In this document: positions 1 through 12,679 of the stretch, piece by piece
Layout of the letters: the number at the start of each line of letters is the position of its first letter
How positions within the stretch are numbered: the first letter of the stretch is position 1
Assembly (NCBI GenBank): GCA_963777955.1
Contig: CAVZSQ010000018.1
Coordinates: 32,001-96,000, forward strand
Source of the DNA: Calditrichia bacterium
GTDB lineage: Bacteria; Calditrichota; Calditrichia; JAJRVZ01
DNA: 64,000 nt
Direction of reading: 5' to 3'
Position numbers and translations under genes: made by a program
The notes under the pieces: model-generated
The model's input: the letters and a program-made list of their open reading frames with translations, nothing else
The model's database searches: none
Told to the model about the DNA's origin: nothing

Positions 1-18
1 TAATTCAGATTTTACTTT

Positions 19-1380
19 TTATTCAATGAATTTCCGGTGCAGTAATTTCACCGTTTTTTCAATCTTTTTTTCATCGACAATGAACATAAAACTGATCTGG
101 GAGGACATTTGTGAAATCAGATCAAGTTTTATTTTTGCTTCACCCAGCAGTTTAATAATTTGCCAGACGATTACCGGATTATGTTTAAGGTTCTGGCCGA
201 CGATACTGACGATTGCTTTCCCGGATTCAATATGGACATCCCCGCTAAAACTTAATTCCTTTACGATCCTGGCAATGTCTTCCTGCTTTTCGATGGTCAG
301 GGAAAGGGTAGTGGCCGATTTATTGACGGCATAAACATGTTTACCGTACTTGGTCATGCGCTGAAAAAATTCTCCCAGAATTTCCGGTGAAAAAAGCAAA
401 CTGGAAGATTGCAATGTTACCAGTGTAATATTTTCCTTATAGGCGATCGACTTGACATGCGGTTTCTCGCGAACCGTAATATTGGGTACGATGATAGTTC
501 CTTTCTCTTCCGGAAAATGCGAGTTCAGAACCCGCACGGGTATAGACTGTTCCATGGCCGGCTGAATAGATGCGGGGTGTAATACCCGTGCACCGAAATA
601 GGCCAGTTCAGAGGCTTCATCAAAAGTCATCATCTGCAGTGGTTTGGCCGAAGGAATAATCGTCGGATCGGCAGTCAGAATGCCATTGACATCGGTCCAG
701 ATCTGAATTTCATCTGCGTCCAGTGCCGCTCCCAGCAGGGAAGCACTGTAGTCGGACCCATTGCGCCCCAGGGTGGTCGGCACCCCTTCGGGTGTGGCCG
801 CAATAAATCCCTGGGTGATGATCAGCGGATCTTTTTTAAGCAGGGGAGCGATATGTTTCGCCGCGGCGCGGCGAATCGCCCGGGGAATTGGTTTGCTGCC
901 GTTCTGCGGATCAGTGGTGATGATAAATTTGCGGGCATCAAGGTACTGCGTAGCGATACCATGCTGATTTAATGTCGCATTCAGTATCTGCGAGGATAAT
1001 ATTTCTCCGACTGATAAAATGGCCGGCATCAGATTTTCACTTTCAAAACGAATAGTCTCTACGGCACTCAACAGGACTCTTAATTTCTCTGTTTCCGTAG
1101 TGATAAAGTGCGTCAGATTTTCTTTGAGTTCAGTATCAGTGATCAACTCGGCGACCGTATGCAGATGCAAAGAATTGATCTGATCGATACATTTCCTGAC
1201 TTTTTGTTTCTGTTGTTTCACCGCTGCCTGCAAAGCTGCGACCAGTGTGTTGGTAACCCCGGCCATGGCCGATAATACAATGATCGGTTTACGCCGTTGA
1301 TATTTTTTAATAATGGAGACTACGTTCAGAATAGCCTGTGAATTTTTTACTGATGTCCCGCCGAATTTCATGATGATCAT
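19..1380 (-). CDS. lysC: Monofunctional aspartate kinase
   Basis: MKFGGTSV start, TTLGRNGSDYSA, IWTDVNG and ELAYFGARVLHP motifs, C-terminal ACT-like region; last gene of the met operon. Confidence 0.93.
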   Translation of the reverse strand: MIIMKFGGTSVKNSQAILNVVSIIKKYQRRKPIIVLSAMAGVTNTLVAALQAAVKQQKQKVRKCIDQINSLHLHTVAELITDTELKENLTHFITTETEKLRVLLSAVETIRFESENLMPAILSVGEILSSQILNATLNQHGIATQYLDARKFIITTDPQNGSKPIPRAIRRAAAKHIAPLLKKDPLIITQGFIAATPEGVPTTLGRNGSDYSASLLGAALDADEIQIWTDVNGILTADPTIIPSAKPLQMMTFDEASELAYFGARVLHPASIQPAMEQSIPVRVLNSHFPEEKGTIIVPNITVREKPHVKSIAYKENITLVTLQSSSLLFSPEILGEFFQRMTKYGKHVYAVNKSATTLSLTIEKQEDIARIVKELSFSGDVHIESGKAIVSIVGQNLKHNPVIVWQIIKLLGEAKIKLDLISQMSSQISFMFIVDEKKIEKTVKLLHRKFIE

Positions 1381-1414
1381 TTTGGAAGTACTCCTCTATT
1401 TTTAAATTTAGAGC

Positions 1415-1527
1415 AGGGACAAAGGGACAGAGGGACAAAGATACAAAGGGATTAAAGTGAAAAAGTTATTTAAGTTCTCAATTTCCATATCTCTTTGTCC
1501 CTGTGTCCCTCTGTACCTTTGTCCCTT
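1415..1527. repeat. Octamer tandem array (AGGGACAA-like) in inverted arrangement
   Basis: agggacaa/agggacag/agatacaa units at 1415-1450 and their reverse complement (ttgtccct) at 1491-1527. Confidence 0.9.
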
Positions 1528-2655
1528 ATTCAATGAACGGCTTTATTATTTTACTCAATTGTTCAAATTCAATCAGAAACGCATCGTGTCCATAAATCGA
1601 CTTGATTTCCCGGTAGGCGGAATGCGGTATCAGACTGGAGATAGAACGCTGCTCATGGGCCGGGTAGAGAATATCCGTATCGATACCCAGGCACAGGGTT
1701 TTTGCCCGGATCGATCCCAGTACCTCGGCCAGTGTTCCGCGGCCGCGGGCCACATCATGTTGATCCATGGCCCGGGACAGGTAAAGAAAGGCGTTGGCAT
1801 CAAAGCGCTTGACCAGTTTTTCTCCCTGATAAGAGAGATAACTTTCCACCTGGAATAGATGCTGGTCAGTGGCTGCGGATGAAATGGAGTTGACCCGTTC
1901 CCGGGCAAAACGTGAATTAAAGATCAGATCGGCCCGGTAAGATACCATACCGATCTGCCTGGCCAGACTGAGGCCCTTGACCGGTTGAGTAACATACTGG
2001 CCCTGTTGCCAGACCGGATCGTTAAGAATAGCCTGGCGGGCCAGATGATTCAAACCGATACACCAGGCTGAATGCTGCACAGAAGTGGCAATAGGAATGA
2101 TTGATTTTACCATGTCGGGGTACATTACCGCCCACTCCAGCACCTGCATACCGCCCAATGAACCGCCGGTAATCGTATGAATTTTATTGACACCGAGTTT
2201 TTTCAACAGTGCATGCTGCACCCTGATCATGTCACGTACGCTCACTTCCGGGAAGGCCGTGCGATAGAGTTGGCCGCTGGCTGGATTTATACTGGCTGGC
2301 CCGGTAGTTCCATAACAACTTCCCAGGATGTTCGAACAGATAATGAAATACCGTGCGGGATCGAATATTTTTCCCGGGCCGACCATGCCGTCCCACCAGC
2401 CCTGGCTGGCCTGTCTTCATGGCCTGTAAATGCGGAGTCTGCGGATAAAACCTCTTCAGCGTATACGCCTTCACCGGCAACATGAGCATCACCGGTCAGG
2501 GCATGACAGATAAGGATCGCATTGCTGCCGTCGGAATTTAACCGGCCATGGGTTTCATAGGCTACGGTAACCGGGTATAAATCATGACCATTTTCCAAGC
2601 GTAACGGATCAGCGGAATCAAAAATTTGCGCCAGTTGGGTTCTGCCTTGTATCAT
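1526..2655 (-). CDS. metX: Homoserine O-acetyltransferase, reading frame broken near 2395-2450
   Basis: N-terminal half has CHALTGDAH (ORF 2287..2655); C-terminal half has [16 protein letters not shown] nucleophile motif and GHDAFL (ORF 1526..2386); the halves are in different frames. Confidence 0.9.
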
Positions 2656-2673
2656 GAATTCACCTTACCCCGG

Positions 2674-3993
<1,320 letters not shown>

Positions 3994-4044
3994 CTACCTC
4001 GCTTTCTTACTTTATTTATATTTATTTCTTTTCATATCCTGATT

Positions 4045-4085
4045 AAAAAAAAACCTCTTCCGGGTAGATCCAGAAGAGGTTTTTA
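4045..4085 (-). terminator. Intrinsic terminator of the riboswitch expression platform
   Basis: Minus strand ACCTCTTCTGG-ATCTAC-CCGGAAGAGGT followed by a run of about 9 T, between the aptamer and metY. Confidence 0.85.
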
Positions 4086-4097
4086 AATACGACCTTC

Positions 4098-4200
4098 TTC
4101 TTATCTGTCCCTAATCTCAGGGCAGGACGTAGCACCTTCCTCATCAGAGGGGTTGCTAAGGTTTCACAGGGCCCGTTCCCTCCACCTTTCGCGATAAGAA
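4098..4200 (-). ncRNA. SAM-I (S-box) riboswitch
   Basis: Minus strand TTCTTATC-GCGAAAGGTGGAGGGAACGGGCCCTGTGAAACC-TTAGCAACC...AGGTGCTACGTCCTGC...GATAAGAA matches the S-box layout with P1 TTCTTATC/GATAAGAA; lies upstream of met genes. Confidence 0.93.
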
Positions 4201-4262
4201 AAATCTTTATATATCTATTTGACTAAAAACTATCCTCCAAACAATTTAAATAATTGAGGCGC

Positions 4263-4291
4263 AAATTAAGATATGAAAACAGAAATGTCAA
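4263..4291 (-). promoter_or_regulatory. Sigma-70-type promoter for the met operon
   Basis: TTGACA-N17-TAATTT on the minus strand about 60 nt upstream of the riboswitch. Confidence 0.6.
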
Positions 4292-4500
4292 GAATCTTCT
4301 GAATTTTTTTTAATAATTATTCATTGAATAGGCTTTTTTATTATAAATATAATGATTAGTGGAAATATATAATATTTTATTGTACTTATATTTATGTGAT
4401 CTTATATTTCGGTTATTAGACAAAATCTTTGCCTACTCTATAAATTTAAATTGAATTAGTTACGTAGATTTCTAATGTTTAATTGCAGGGAGACTATCCT

Positions 4501-6084
4501 ATGTCGAGAAACCATTTATTTTCTTTATTATTAATATTTCTTTGCTTCAACCTATTAAGGGCTAACATACTGTTTGTACCTGACAGCATAAGTACGATTC
4601 AAGCGGCCATCGATTCTGCTGCAAACGGAGATACTGTTCTTGTTGCTGATGGTCATTATATAGAAAATTTAAATTTATATGAGAAGAGTATCGTATTAGC
4701 TTCAAATTTTTTATTAGATTCATCAGCTGCGCATATTCAAAATACGATTTTAGATGGCTATAATACAGATAATGTGGTGAGAATCGGTGGTGATGCCAAG
4801 TTAATTGGATTTACCTTAACAAATGGATTTGATGAATCTGGTTATGGCGCTGCAGTTTTATGTGAGAATGATTTTTCCAGTGAGGAAATACCTGCTATTA
4901 AACCGGAATTAAGAGATCTGATTCTGACAGGTAATCATAGTTTGGACGGAAATTTATACTGCGAATATGTGGAAGCGCTTATTCAGAATGTTTCATTAGT
5001 AAATAATGAGGGTACAGGATTTTACATTCGTAAACACGGAAAAGCAATATTGATTAATGTTACTATTTGTAAAACTCCATGGATGTTAACTGGGGATGAT
5101 TTTTCCTTAGTGGTTTCTGCGCCGATTACTCATGTTACTGTAATTAATTCGATTTTAAATTACATATGGACAGGTGATCAACAGCAGATTATTACTTTTT
5201 ATAATTCTAGAATGGGAACAATTTGGGGTACTTGGATAGATGGAGGGGGAAATATATATGCCGATCCTTCTTTTGTCGATTCCGTAACTTATGAACTGTC
5301 CGATTCTTCTCCCTGCATCGGTGCTGGCATGGATTCGGTCCTTATAGGGGATCTATGGTACCATGCGCCGGACATCGATCTGCTGGGTAATCCCCGTCCG
5401 GCACCTGGACTTTCTAAACCTGATCTGGGGGCCTATGAGAATAGTTTGTCCACCCCCTTGATAGCAAAGATTTATATTCCCACTGCTGCATTATCATTTG
5501 ACTCCACTTTGGTGGATAGTACCAGCCTGAAATATTTGACCATCTATAATCAGGGGATAGTAGAATTAAAAATTGATTCGATCTATACTGATAATGAACA
5601 GTTTTTAGTTGAAAATACTCCTCTTAGTATTTTATCTGGCGACAGTGCAACAATTATGATTCACTTTACACCAAATCAACAGGGGGAAATTTCCGGATTA
5701 TTATTCATTCAATCGAATGACCCGCTTCAACCAGCAGTCGATATAAACCTGAGTGGTGTCGGTAAGATCCCATCATCCATTAATCTAAATGATCGACAAA
5801 TCCCTCTGACTTTTTCCTTAAAACAATGTTATCCAAACCCTTTTAATCCCTTGACTACCGTGGAATATACTCTTCCGCAATCCAGCGAAGTCGAATTAAT
5901 AATTTTTAACACACTGGGTCAACAGATACGGACTTTAGTCTCCCAGGTTCAAAATGCAGGATCATATAAAATAGTCTGGGACGGAACAGATAATCAAGGA
6001 ACTGCGGTCAGCAGTGGTATCTATATTTATCGTATAAAAGCGGGTAATTTCAGTTCCTGTAAAAAAATGTCGTTTCTAAAATAA
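4501..6084 (+). CDS. Secreted protein: beta-helix-like N-terminus, Ig-like domain, C-terminal FlgD-Ig/T9SS-like domain
   Basis: Signal peptide; STIQAAID..GDTVLVADG.Y.EN motif; SPCIGAG...PDLGAYE; YPNPFNP...WDG...KKM C-terminus; GGGAG RBS before ATG 4501. Confidence 0.75.
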   Translation: MSRNHLFSLLLIFLCFNLLRANILFVPDSISTIQAAIDSAANGDTVLVADGHYIENLNLYEKSIVLASNFLLDSSAAHIQNTILDGYNTDNVVRIGGDAKLIGFTLTNGFDESGYGAAVLCENDFSSEEIPAIKPELRDLILTGNHSLDGNLYCEYVEALIQNVSLVNNEGTGFYIRKHGKAILINVTICKTPWMLTGDDFSLVVSAPITHVTVINSILNYIWTGDQQQIITFYNSRMGTIWGTWIDGGGNIYADPSFVDSVTYELSDSSPCIGAGMDSVLIGDLWYHAPDIDLLGNPRPAPGLSKPDLGAYENSLSTPLIAKIYIPTAALSFDSTLVDSTSLKYLTIYNQGIVELKIDSIYTDNEQFLVENTPLSILSGDSATIMIHFTPNQQGEISGLLFIQSNDPLQPAVDINLSGVGKIPSSINLNDRQIPLTFSLKQCYPNPFNPLTTVEYTLPQSSEVELIIFNTLGQQIRTLVSQVQNAGSYKIVWDGTDNQGTAVSSGIYIYRIKAGNFSSCKKMSFLK

Positions 6085-6246
6085 TTATATTTAACTGGTA
6101 GAAGGGAAGTATTAAACTCCCCTTTAGCTGAAATCCGATTGTCTCGAAATCAAATAATAACAAAAAGTTAGAATTATTTAACAGATATATATGTTATAAA
6201 CTGATGACAAGTTTTAAAAAAAAGTTAAAAAAAAGCGCCTGAAGAC

Positions 6247-6275
6247 TTGACAAGATAAAGAATATTTAATATGTT
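6247..6275 (+). promoter_or_regulatory. Sigma-70-type promoter for the ilv-leu operon
   Basis: TTGACA-N17-TATGTT about 35 nt upstream of the leader ORF. Confidence 0.65.
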
Positions 6276-6308
6276 CAACTTTAAGTTTATAAATATTATC
6301 GAATATTT

Positions 6309-6461
6309 ATGCAAAACACGATCAGCAGAAGTAGATTGAACAGCAGAGGGATGAATAATCTCAAGGGCGGTCGTGTATCCGTTTTATCCATATTAAACCT
6401 TTATCTACTTAATCTTCTTATTGGGATTCTCATTATTAGCCTGATTCTAGTGATAGGCTGA
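6309..6461 (+). CDS. Putative ilv-leu operon leader peptide (50 aa; alternative start 6351)
   Basis: MQNTISRSRLNSRGMNNLKGGRVSVLSILNLYLLNLLIGILIISLILVIG*; 20 of the last 28 codons are Leu/Ile/Val; sits between promoter and ilvD with alternative hairpins. Confidence 0.75.
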   Translation: MQNTISRSRLNSRGMNNLKGGRVSVLSILNLYLLNLLIGILIISLILVIG

Positions 6462-6571
6462 TAGTCGGTCAATCCCAAATCTGCAAAAAATAAATAGACA
6501 CTAAAACCTGCAATTTGGGGCTGACCCGAAGCAGGAAGTTGGTATTGAGTTTGGGAAAAATTGAGGTAATT

Positions 6572-8260
6572 ATGAGATCGGATCTGGTTAAATCAGGTTT
6601 TGAACGTGCACCGCACCGCAGTCTGCTGCGGGCTACCGGTGTAATTCAAAGTGAAGCGGATTTCAAGAAGCCGTTCATCGGTGTCTGTAATTCCTATACG
6701 GATTTAATTCCGGGGCATGTGCATCTGCATGATTTCGCTAAGGTGGTCAAACAGGCGGTCCGGGATGCCGGCGGTGTTCCGTTTGAATTCAACACTATCG
6801 GCATCGACGACGGTATTGCCATGGGGCACATTGGCATGCGCTATTCTCTGCCCAGCCGGGAGTTGATCGCTGATGCGGTTGAATCGGTGATGGAGGCCCA
6901 TCGTCTGGATGGCATGGTCTGTATCCCCAATTGTGATAAAATTGTTCCGGGCATGCTGATGGCAGCGGCACGCCTGGATATTCCGGCCATATTTGTTTCG
7001 GGTGGACCAATGAAATCGGGCAGGACCACAACAGGGGAGAAGATCGATCTGATCTCGGTTTTCGAAGCAGTCGGGAAATATAAAACCGGAGAAATATCCG
7101 ATCCGCAATTGAAAGAATTGGAAACACTGGCCTGTCCTACCTGCGGTTCCTGCGCTGGGATGTTCACGGCCAATTCCATGAACTGCCTGATGGAAGCGCT
7201 GGGCATGGCTTTACCGGGCAACGGTTCGATCCTGGCTGTCGATCCGCGCCGGCAGGAACTGGCCCGTGAGGCAGGTAAAAAAATCGTTCAACTGGTAATG
7301 GCTGATATCACCGCTGCAAAAATATTGTCCAAAGCCGCTTTCATGAATGCACTTACTCTGGACATGGCTATGGGCGGCAGTACTAATACGGTCCTGCATA
7401 TCCTGGCCATCGCCGCGGAGTTGAATATGAAATTCGATCTTAATGATTTGAATAAGCTGTCGGAGCGGGTACCTTATATCTGCAAAGTAAGTCCGGCTAC
7501 CCGGGACGTACATATGGAAGATGTAGAGCAGGCCGGAGGGGTGTCTGCGATCCTGAATGAATTGTCCCGGCGCAAGAATTTGCTCGATCTGTCCGCCTTG
7601 ACTGTTACCGGGAAAACTCTGGGTGAAAACATCGCCACAGCGAAAAACAATAATCCGCAGGTGATTCGCAGTATTGATGATCCCTTTTCCAAAGACGGAG
7701 GACTGGCGGTATTATTTGGAAATCTGGCACCGCAGGGCGCCATTGTCAAAACCGGTTCGGTGGATCCTGAAATGATGATCCATGATGGTCCGGCCAGGAT
7801 ATATGATTCGCAGGATAAAGCAGTGGCGGGTATCCTGGCCAACCAGGTTAAACCCGGCGACGTTGTGGTCATACGCTATGAAGGACCGCGCGGTGGGCCG
7901 GGTATGCCCGAGATGCTTACTCCCACCAGCACGCTGATGGGTATGGGGCTGGGTGATAAGGTCGCTTTGATTACCGACGGCCGTTTTTCCGGGGGAACGC
8001 GCGGGGCCTGTATCGGGCATGTTTCACCGGAAGCTGCTGAAAAAGGACCCCTGGCGGCACTTAAAAACGGCGATATGATTCATATCGACATCCCCGGGAA
8101 AAAACTGTCGGTCAAATTATCCAGGGCGGAAATGCAGGTTCGCCTGCGGTCTTTGAAACCTTTTAAACCAAAAATCAAAAGAGGGTATCTGGCCCGCTAT
8201 ACGCAAATGGTTACCTCGGCCAACAGCGGCGCGGTTTTAAAGATACCTGTATCCAAATAG
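6572..8260 (+). CDS. ilvD: Dihydroxy-acid dehydratase
   Basis: [48 protein letters not shown] before ATG 6572. Confidence 0.96.
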   Translation: MRSDLVKSGFERAPHRSLLRATGVIQSEADFKKPFIGVCNSYTDLIPGHVHLHDFAKVVKQAVRDAGGVPFEFNTIGIDDGIAMGHIGMRYSLPSRELIADAVESVMEAHRLDGMVCIPNCDKIVPGMLMAAARLDIPAIFVSGGPMKSGRTTTGEKIDLISVFEAVGKYKTGEISDPQLKELETLACPTCGSCAGMFTANSMNCLMEALGMALPGNGSILAVDPRRQELAREAGKKIVQLVMADITAAKILSKAAFMNALTLDMAMGGSTNTVLHILAIAAELNMKFDLNDLNKLSERVPYICKVSPATRDVHMEDVEQAGGVSAILNELSRRKNLLDLSALTVTGKTLGENIATAKNNNPQVIRSIDDPFSKDGGLAVLFGNLAPQGAIVKTGSVDPEMMIHDGPARIYDSQDKAVAGILANQVKPGDVVVIRYEGPRGGPGMPEMLTPTSTLMGMGLGDKVALITDGRFSGGTRGACIGHVSPEAAEKGPLAALKNGDMIHIDIPGKKLSVKLSRAEMQVRLRSLKPFKPKIKRGYLARYTQMVTSANSGAVLKIPVSK

Positions 8261-8273
8261 AAAGGTCATCGAT

Positions 8274-9989
8274 ATGGTTAATAAGAACAAAATTTCAGGT
8301 GCAGAAATATTCTTTGAATGTCTGCGGCGGGAAAAGGTCGAATATATATTCGGCTATCCCGGCGGAGCCACTTTAAAGATTTATGAGCAATTGTATGATG
8401 TCAAATTTCTAAAACATATTCTGGTCAGGCATGAACAGGGTGCCACGCACATGGCGGAAGGGTATGCCAAGGCCACGGGCAAGGTCGGGGTGGTGTTGGT
8501 CACGTCGGGACCCGGTGCTACCAATACGGTAACCGGTATTGCGGATGCCTACATGGATTCAGTGCCGATTGTTGTGTTCACCGGGCAGGTTGCAACTCAT
8601 TTGATAGGTAACGATGCCTTTCAGGAAGCGGATATTATCGGCATCACCAGGCCTATCACCAAGCACAGTTTTTTGATCCGTAATCTGGCCGATTTAGCTG
8701 CTACCATCCGTAAAGCATTTTACATCGCCTCGACAGGCAGACCGGGTCCGGTAGTGGTTGACTTGCCCAAAGATATAATTGGTTCTCTTTGTGAGTTTGT
8801 ATATCCTGAAGAAATAGCGATCCGGGGGTATAAACCCAATTATGACGGTCATAAAGTTCAAATTAAAAAAGCAGCCAAAAAAATCAGCGAAGCCGAAAAA
8901 CCACTGCTGTATGTGGGCGGGGGTGTTATCATGTCCGGGGCAGCACCGGAATTGGCCTCTTTCGCCAGAAAAAATAACTTACCGGTGACCATGACCTTGC
9001 TGGGCCTGGGTGCCTTTCCGGCTGATGATAAACTATCGCTGGGAATGCTGGGGATGCACGGTACCTACTGGGCTAACCAGGCTGTAAATAACTGCGATCT
9101 GCTGGTTTCGCTTGGAGCACGATTTGATGACCGGGTGACGGGCAAAGTGGAGACGTTTGCCTGCAAATCATATAAGATACACATCGATATTGATCCGACT
9201 GCCATCGGTAAGAATGTTCTAGTCGATTTACCAATCGTCGGTGATGTTAAACAAATCCTGACCGATCTTGCTGCTGAAATGCCAGCCAAACCCAAAACTG
9301 ATAAGTGGCTGGAACAAATTAAAAAGTGGCAGCAGGAATGTCCGCTGCAGTACGACAATTCTGATGGGCAACTGCGGCCTCAATTTATCATTGAAAAAAT
9401 ATCTGAAATGACCAAAGGACAGGCCATAATTGTAACGGATGTCGGGCAGCATCAAATGTGGACAGCCCAGTTTTACCAATTTATTCACCCCCGCACCCAT
9501 TTAACCAGCGGTGGTTTGGGCACCATGGGTTTTTCAGTTCCGGCATCAATCGGTGCCTGTTTTGGCGTCAAAGACAAAATGATAATTTCGATCAGCGGGG
9601 ACGGCGGTTTTCAGATGAATATACAGGAATTAATTACGGCGGTTGCGAATAAACTGCCCATAAAGTTCATGATCATGAATAATAGTTTTTTAGGAATGGT
9701 CCGGCAGTGGCAGGAATTATTTCACGCTGAAAAATACAGTTTCACCGATCTGGGCAGCAGTAATCCCGATTTTGTCAAAGTCGGCGAAGCGCTGGGGCTG
9801 CCTTCCTGGTTGGTGGATAAACCGGAGGAAGTGGAGCCTACTTTGAAGAAAGCATTTGCTGTCAATGATAAACCGGTATTAATAGAATTCAGAGTGGTCA
9901 AGGAAGATATGGTTTTCCCGATGGTTCCTTCGGGGGGATCCATTTCGGATATGATTGTTAAAAGACTTAACCCGCAAAGGATGACATGA
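8274..9989 (+). CDS. ilvB: Acetolactate synthase large subunit
   Basis: FGYPGG, RHEQGA, TSGPGATN, GDGGFQMN TPP motif, LGMVRQWQ. Confidence 0.95.
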   Translation: MVNKNKISGAEIFFECLRREKVEYIFGYPGGATLKIYEQLYDVKFLKHILVRHEQGATHMAEGYAKATGKVGVVLVTSGPGATNTVTGIADAYMDSVPIVVFTGQVATHLIGNDAFQEADIIGITRPITKHSFLIRNLADLAATIRKAFYIASTGRPGPVVVDLPKDIIGSLCEFVYPEEIAIRGYKPNYDGHKVQIKKAAKKISEAEKPLLYVGGGVIMSGAAPELASFARKNNLPVTMTLLGLGAFPADDKLSLGMLGMHGTYWANQAVNNCDLLVSLGARFDDRVTGKVETFACKSYKIHIDIDPTAIGKNVLVDLPIVGDVKQILTDLAAEMPAKPKTDKWLEQIKKWQQECPLQYDNSDGQLRPQFIIEKISEMTKGQAIIVTDVGQHQMWTAQFYQFIHPRTHLTSGGLGTMGFSVPASIGACFGVKDKMIISISGDGGFQMNIQELITAVANKLPIKFMIMNNSFLGMVRQWQELFHAEKYSFTDLGSSNPDFVKVGEALGLPSWLVDKPEEVEPTLKKAFAVNDKPVLIEFRVVKEDMVFPMVPSGGSISDMIVKRLNPQRMT

Positions 9990-9990
9990 T

Positions 9991-10509
9991 ATGAGACATA
10001 CAATTTCATTATTAGTGGAAAACACTTTTGGAGCTTTTGATCGCGTTCTGACCATGTTCAGCGCCAAGGGATTTAATTTGCACAGTATTTCCATAGGTGA
10101 AACGGAAATTCAGGACATTTCCCGTATGACCATTGTAACTTCCGGGGATGATCAGATTATCGATCAGGTAGTCAAACAACTGAACCGCCTGATCGATACG
10201 GTCAAGGTGATTGATCTAACCGGCCATGAAAAGACGGAGAGAGAATTAGCCTTGATCGCTGTTAATTATCAAAAAGGCACGTTGCAGGAATTAACCAATA
10301 TCAATGATATCTTTCGCGGAAATGTAGTTGATATCAATAATAAATCGATCACCCTGCAGATTACAGGCCCACCGGCCAAGATCAATGCAGTGGTGAATGT
10401 ACTTATGCCTTATGGCATCAAAGAGATGGCCCGCTCAGGAACGGTAACCTTAAAACGGGGTGAGCAGGTACGTCAACCCAAAAAAGAACTGGATACAACC
10501 AATATTTAG
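9991..10509 (+). CDS. ilvN: Acetolactate synthase small (regulatory) subunit
   Basis: ACT domain RHTISLLVEN, KQLNRLIDT, EMARSG; directly follows ilvB. Confidence 0.93.
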   Translation: MRHTISLLVENTFGAFDRVLTMFSAKGFNLHSISIGETEIQDISRMTIVTSGDDQIIDQVVKQLNRLIDTVKVIDLTGHEKTERELALIAVNYQKGTLQELTNINDIFRGNVVDINNKSITLQITGPPAKINAVVNVLMPYGIKEMARSGTVTLKRGEQVRQPKKELDTTNI

Positions 10510-10520
10510 GAGAATAAAAC

Positions 10521-11525
10521 ATGCAAGTTTATTATGACCAGGATGCTTCGCTGGATAATCTGAAAAAGAAAAAAATTACTGTACTGGGTTACGGCAACCA
10601 GGGCCATGCCCATGTTCTGAATCTTAAAGACAGCGGGATGAATATATGTACCGGATTGGTCAAAGATGATCCTTCGCGCACCAAAGCAAAAGAGGATGGC
10701 GTCGAGGTGCAGGACATGGCCGAGGCAGTCCGCTGGGCTGATGTGATTATGGTGCTGCTGCCCGATCAGCTGCAGAAAAAAATTTATGATGAAATTATAA
10801 AAGATAATTTAAAGGATGGCGATACCCTGGCCTTTGCCCATGGCTTCAATATTCATTTTAAACAGATTGTACCTTCGCCAAAAATCAACGTAATGATGAT
10901 CGCTCCTAAAGGTCCGGGACACCTGGTGCGCCGGACTTTTGTCGAAGGAAGCGGGGTACCATGTCTGATCGCTGTACAACAGGATTACTCCGGTAATACA
11001 AAAGAGCTGGCCCTGGCCTGGGCCAAAGGCATCGGCGGAACGCGGGCCGGCGTTATTGAAACCAATTTCAAGGATGAAACGGAAACTGATCTGTTCGGAG
11101 AACAGGCCGTACTATGCGGCGGGTCGGCCGAACTGGTAAAGGCGGGATTTGAAACACTGGTTGAAGCAGGGTATCCGGCAGAGCTGGCCTTCTTTGAATG
11201 CATGCATGAGTTGAAACTCATCGTGGATCTTTATTATGAAGGCGGCCTGACCCGTATGAACCAGGCGGTGAGCGATACAGCCGAATATGGGGGAATGACC
11301 CGCGGGAAAAAGGTTATCACCGAGCAGACCCGTAAGGAAATGCGGAAAATTCTGAAGGCAGTCCAGGACGGATCCTTTGCCAAAGAATGGCTCGATGAAT
11401 ATGCCCAAGGACAACCGCTGCTGAATAAATTGCGGCAGGAAACTAAAGAACATCAAATTGAAAAAGTCGGAGCTAAACTGCGTCAGATGATGTCCTGGGT
11501 GGCGAAACCCGGAGTGAAGAGGTGA
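10521..11525 (+). CDS. ilvC: Ketol-acid reductoisomerase
   Basis: [39 protein letters not shown]. Confidence 0.96.
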   Translation: MQVYYDQDASLDNLKKKKITVLGYGNQGHAHVLNLKDSGMNICTGLVKDDPSRTKAKEDGVEVQDMAEAVRWADVIMVLLPDQLQKKIYDEIIKDNLKDGDTLAFAHGFNIHFKQIVPSPKINVMMIAPKGPGHLVRRTFVEGSGVPCLIAVQQDYSGNTKELALAWAKGIGGTRAGVIETNFKDETETDLFGEQAVLCGGSAELVKAGFETLVEAGYPAELAFFECMHELKLIVDLYYEGGLTRMNQAVSDTAEYGGMTRGKKVITEQTRKEMRKILKAVQDGSFAKEWLDEYAQGQPLLNKLRQETKEHQIEKVGAKLRQMMSWVAKPGVKR

Positions 11526-11529
11526 AAAT

Positions 11530-12573
11530 ATGACGCGTACGGTTACTCTGCTGCCGGGAGACGGCATCGGCCAGGAAGTCATGGCCGCTGCTGTGCGGGT
11601 CATGCATCAGGCAGCTAAAAAGGCTGACCTGGCCATCAAGACCGTTGAAAAACCGATCGGCGGTATTTCGATAGACGAGTATGATATCCCGCTGACCGAC
11701 GATACCATCCAGATGTGCCGTCAATCCGATGCGGTATTGCTGGGAGCAGTGGGCGGACCGAAATGGGAGAAGTTGGAGCACCACCGCAAACCGGAAGCCG
11801 GATTACTAAAGATCAGGAAAGCACTGGACCTGTTCGCCAATATCCGTCCGGCCCAGATCTATTCCGACTTCCTGGCAGCGTCTCCGATCAAACGGGAAAT
11901 CCTGGAGGGGGCGGATTTTATCGTGCTGCGGGAATTGACCGGCGGTCTCTATTTCGGCGAACCGCGGGGCTATGACCGGGACAAGGGCTGGAACACCATG
12001 ATTTACACCAGACCCGAGGTGGATAGAATTGCCCGGATGGCTTTTCAGATGGCCCGGCAACGGAAACAGCGGGTTCTTTCGGTGGATAAGGCCAACGTGC
12101 TGGAATGTTCCCAATTCTGGCGAACCGTAGTCGAAGAGGTGCATCGCGACTTCAGGGATATCGAACTAAAACATATGTATGTAGATAATGCCGCCATGCA
12201 GATCGTCCGTGATCCCAGACAGTTCGATGTGCTGCTGACCTCCAATCTGTTCGGCGACATTCTCAGTGATATCGCCGGGAGTATCACCGGCAGTCTGGGC
12301 ATGCTGCCTTCGGCAAGCCTGGGAACGAAATATGCCCTGTATGAACCGGTCCACGGCAGTGCTCCTGATATTGCCGGCAAAGACCTGGCCAATCCGATCG
12401 CCATGATTTCTTCGGTGGGGATGATGTTCAACTACTCTTTCCAGTTACCCCAGGTTGCCGGGTGGATTAACGAAGGAATTAAGCGCACTCTGGCCGAAGG
12501 TTACCGGACAAAAGATATCTGCACGGCCGCTGATACCCCGGTTTCCACCACCAGGATGACCGACTCATATTAA
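11530..12573 (+). CDS. leuB: 3-isopropylmalate dehydrogenase (true C-terminus may extend to TGA at 12587 if one base is missing near 12564)
   Basis: LPGDGIG, RELTGGLYFG, VDKANV, NLFGDILSD, EPVHGSAPDIAG. Confidence 0.95.
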   Translation: MTRTVTLLPGDGIGQEVMAAAVRVMHQAAKKADLAIKTVEKPIGGISIDEYDIPLTDDTIQMCRQSDAVLLGAVGGPKWEKLEHHRKPEAGLLKIRKALDLFANIRPAQIYSDFLAASPIKREILEGADFIVLRELTGGLYFGEPRGYDRDKGWNTMIYTRPEVDRIARMAFQMARQRKQRVLSVDKANVLECSQFWRTVVEEVHRDFRDIELKHMYVDNAAMQIVRDPRQFDVLLTSNLFGDILSDIAGSITGSLGMLPSASLGTKYALYEPVHGSAPDIAGKDLANPIAMISSVGMMFNYSFQLPQVAGWINEGIKRTLAEGYRTKDICTAADTPVSTTRMTDSY

Positions 12574-12679
12574 AAAATTTGGGGTGAAAGGAGACTTACT
12601 AAATTGTCATTCCGGGGATTGGGTAGTAACTGTAAAATATATGAATGTATATTGAGGATTAAATAAAAGGAATACAGAC

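Noticed and set aside
1457..1858. ORFs with [12 protein letters not shown] / SLCLFVSLC-type sequences (also 50735..51052, 50874..51116, 61952..62224)
   Set aside because: They are translations of the octamer repeat running antisense into real genes
6280..6571. T-box riboswitch upstream of ilvD
   Set aside because: No AGGTGGNACCGCG-like T-box sequence or terminator seen; a leader peptide explains the region better
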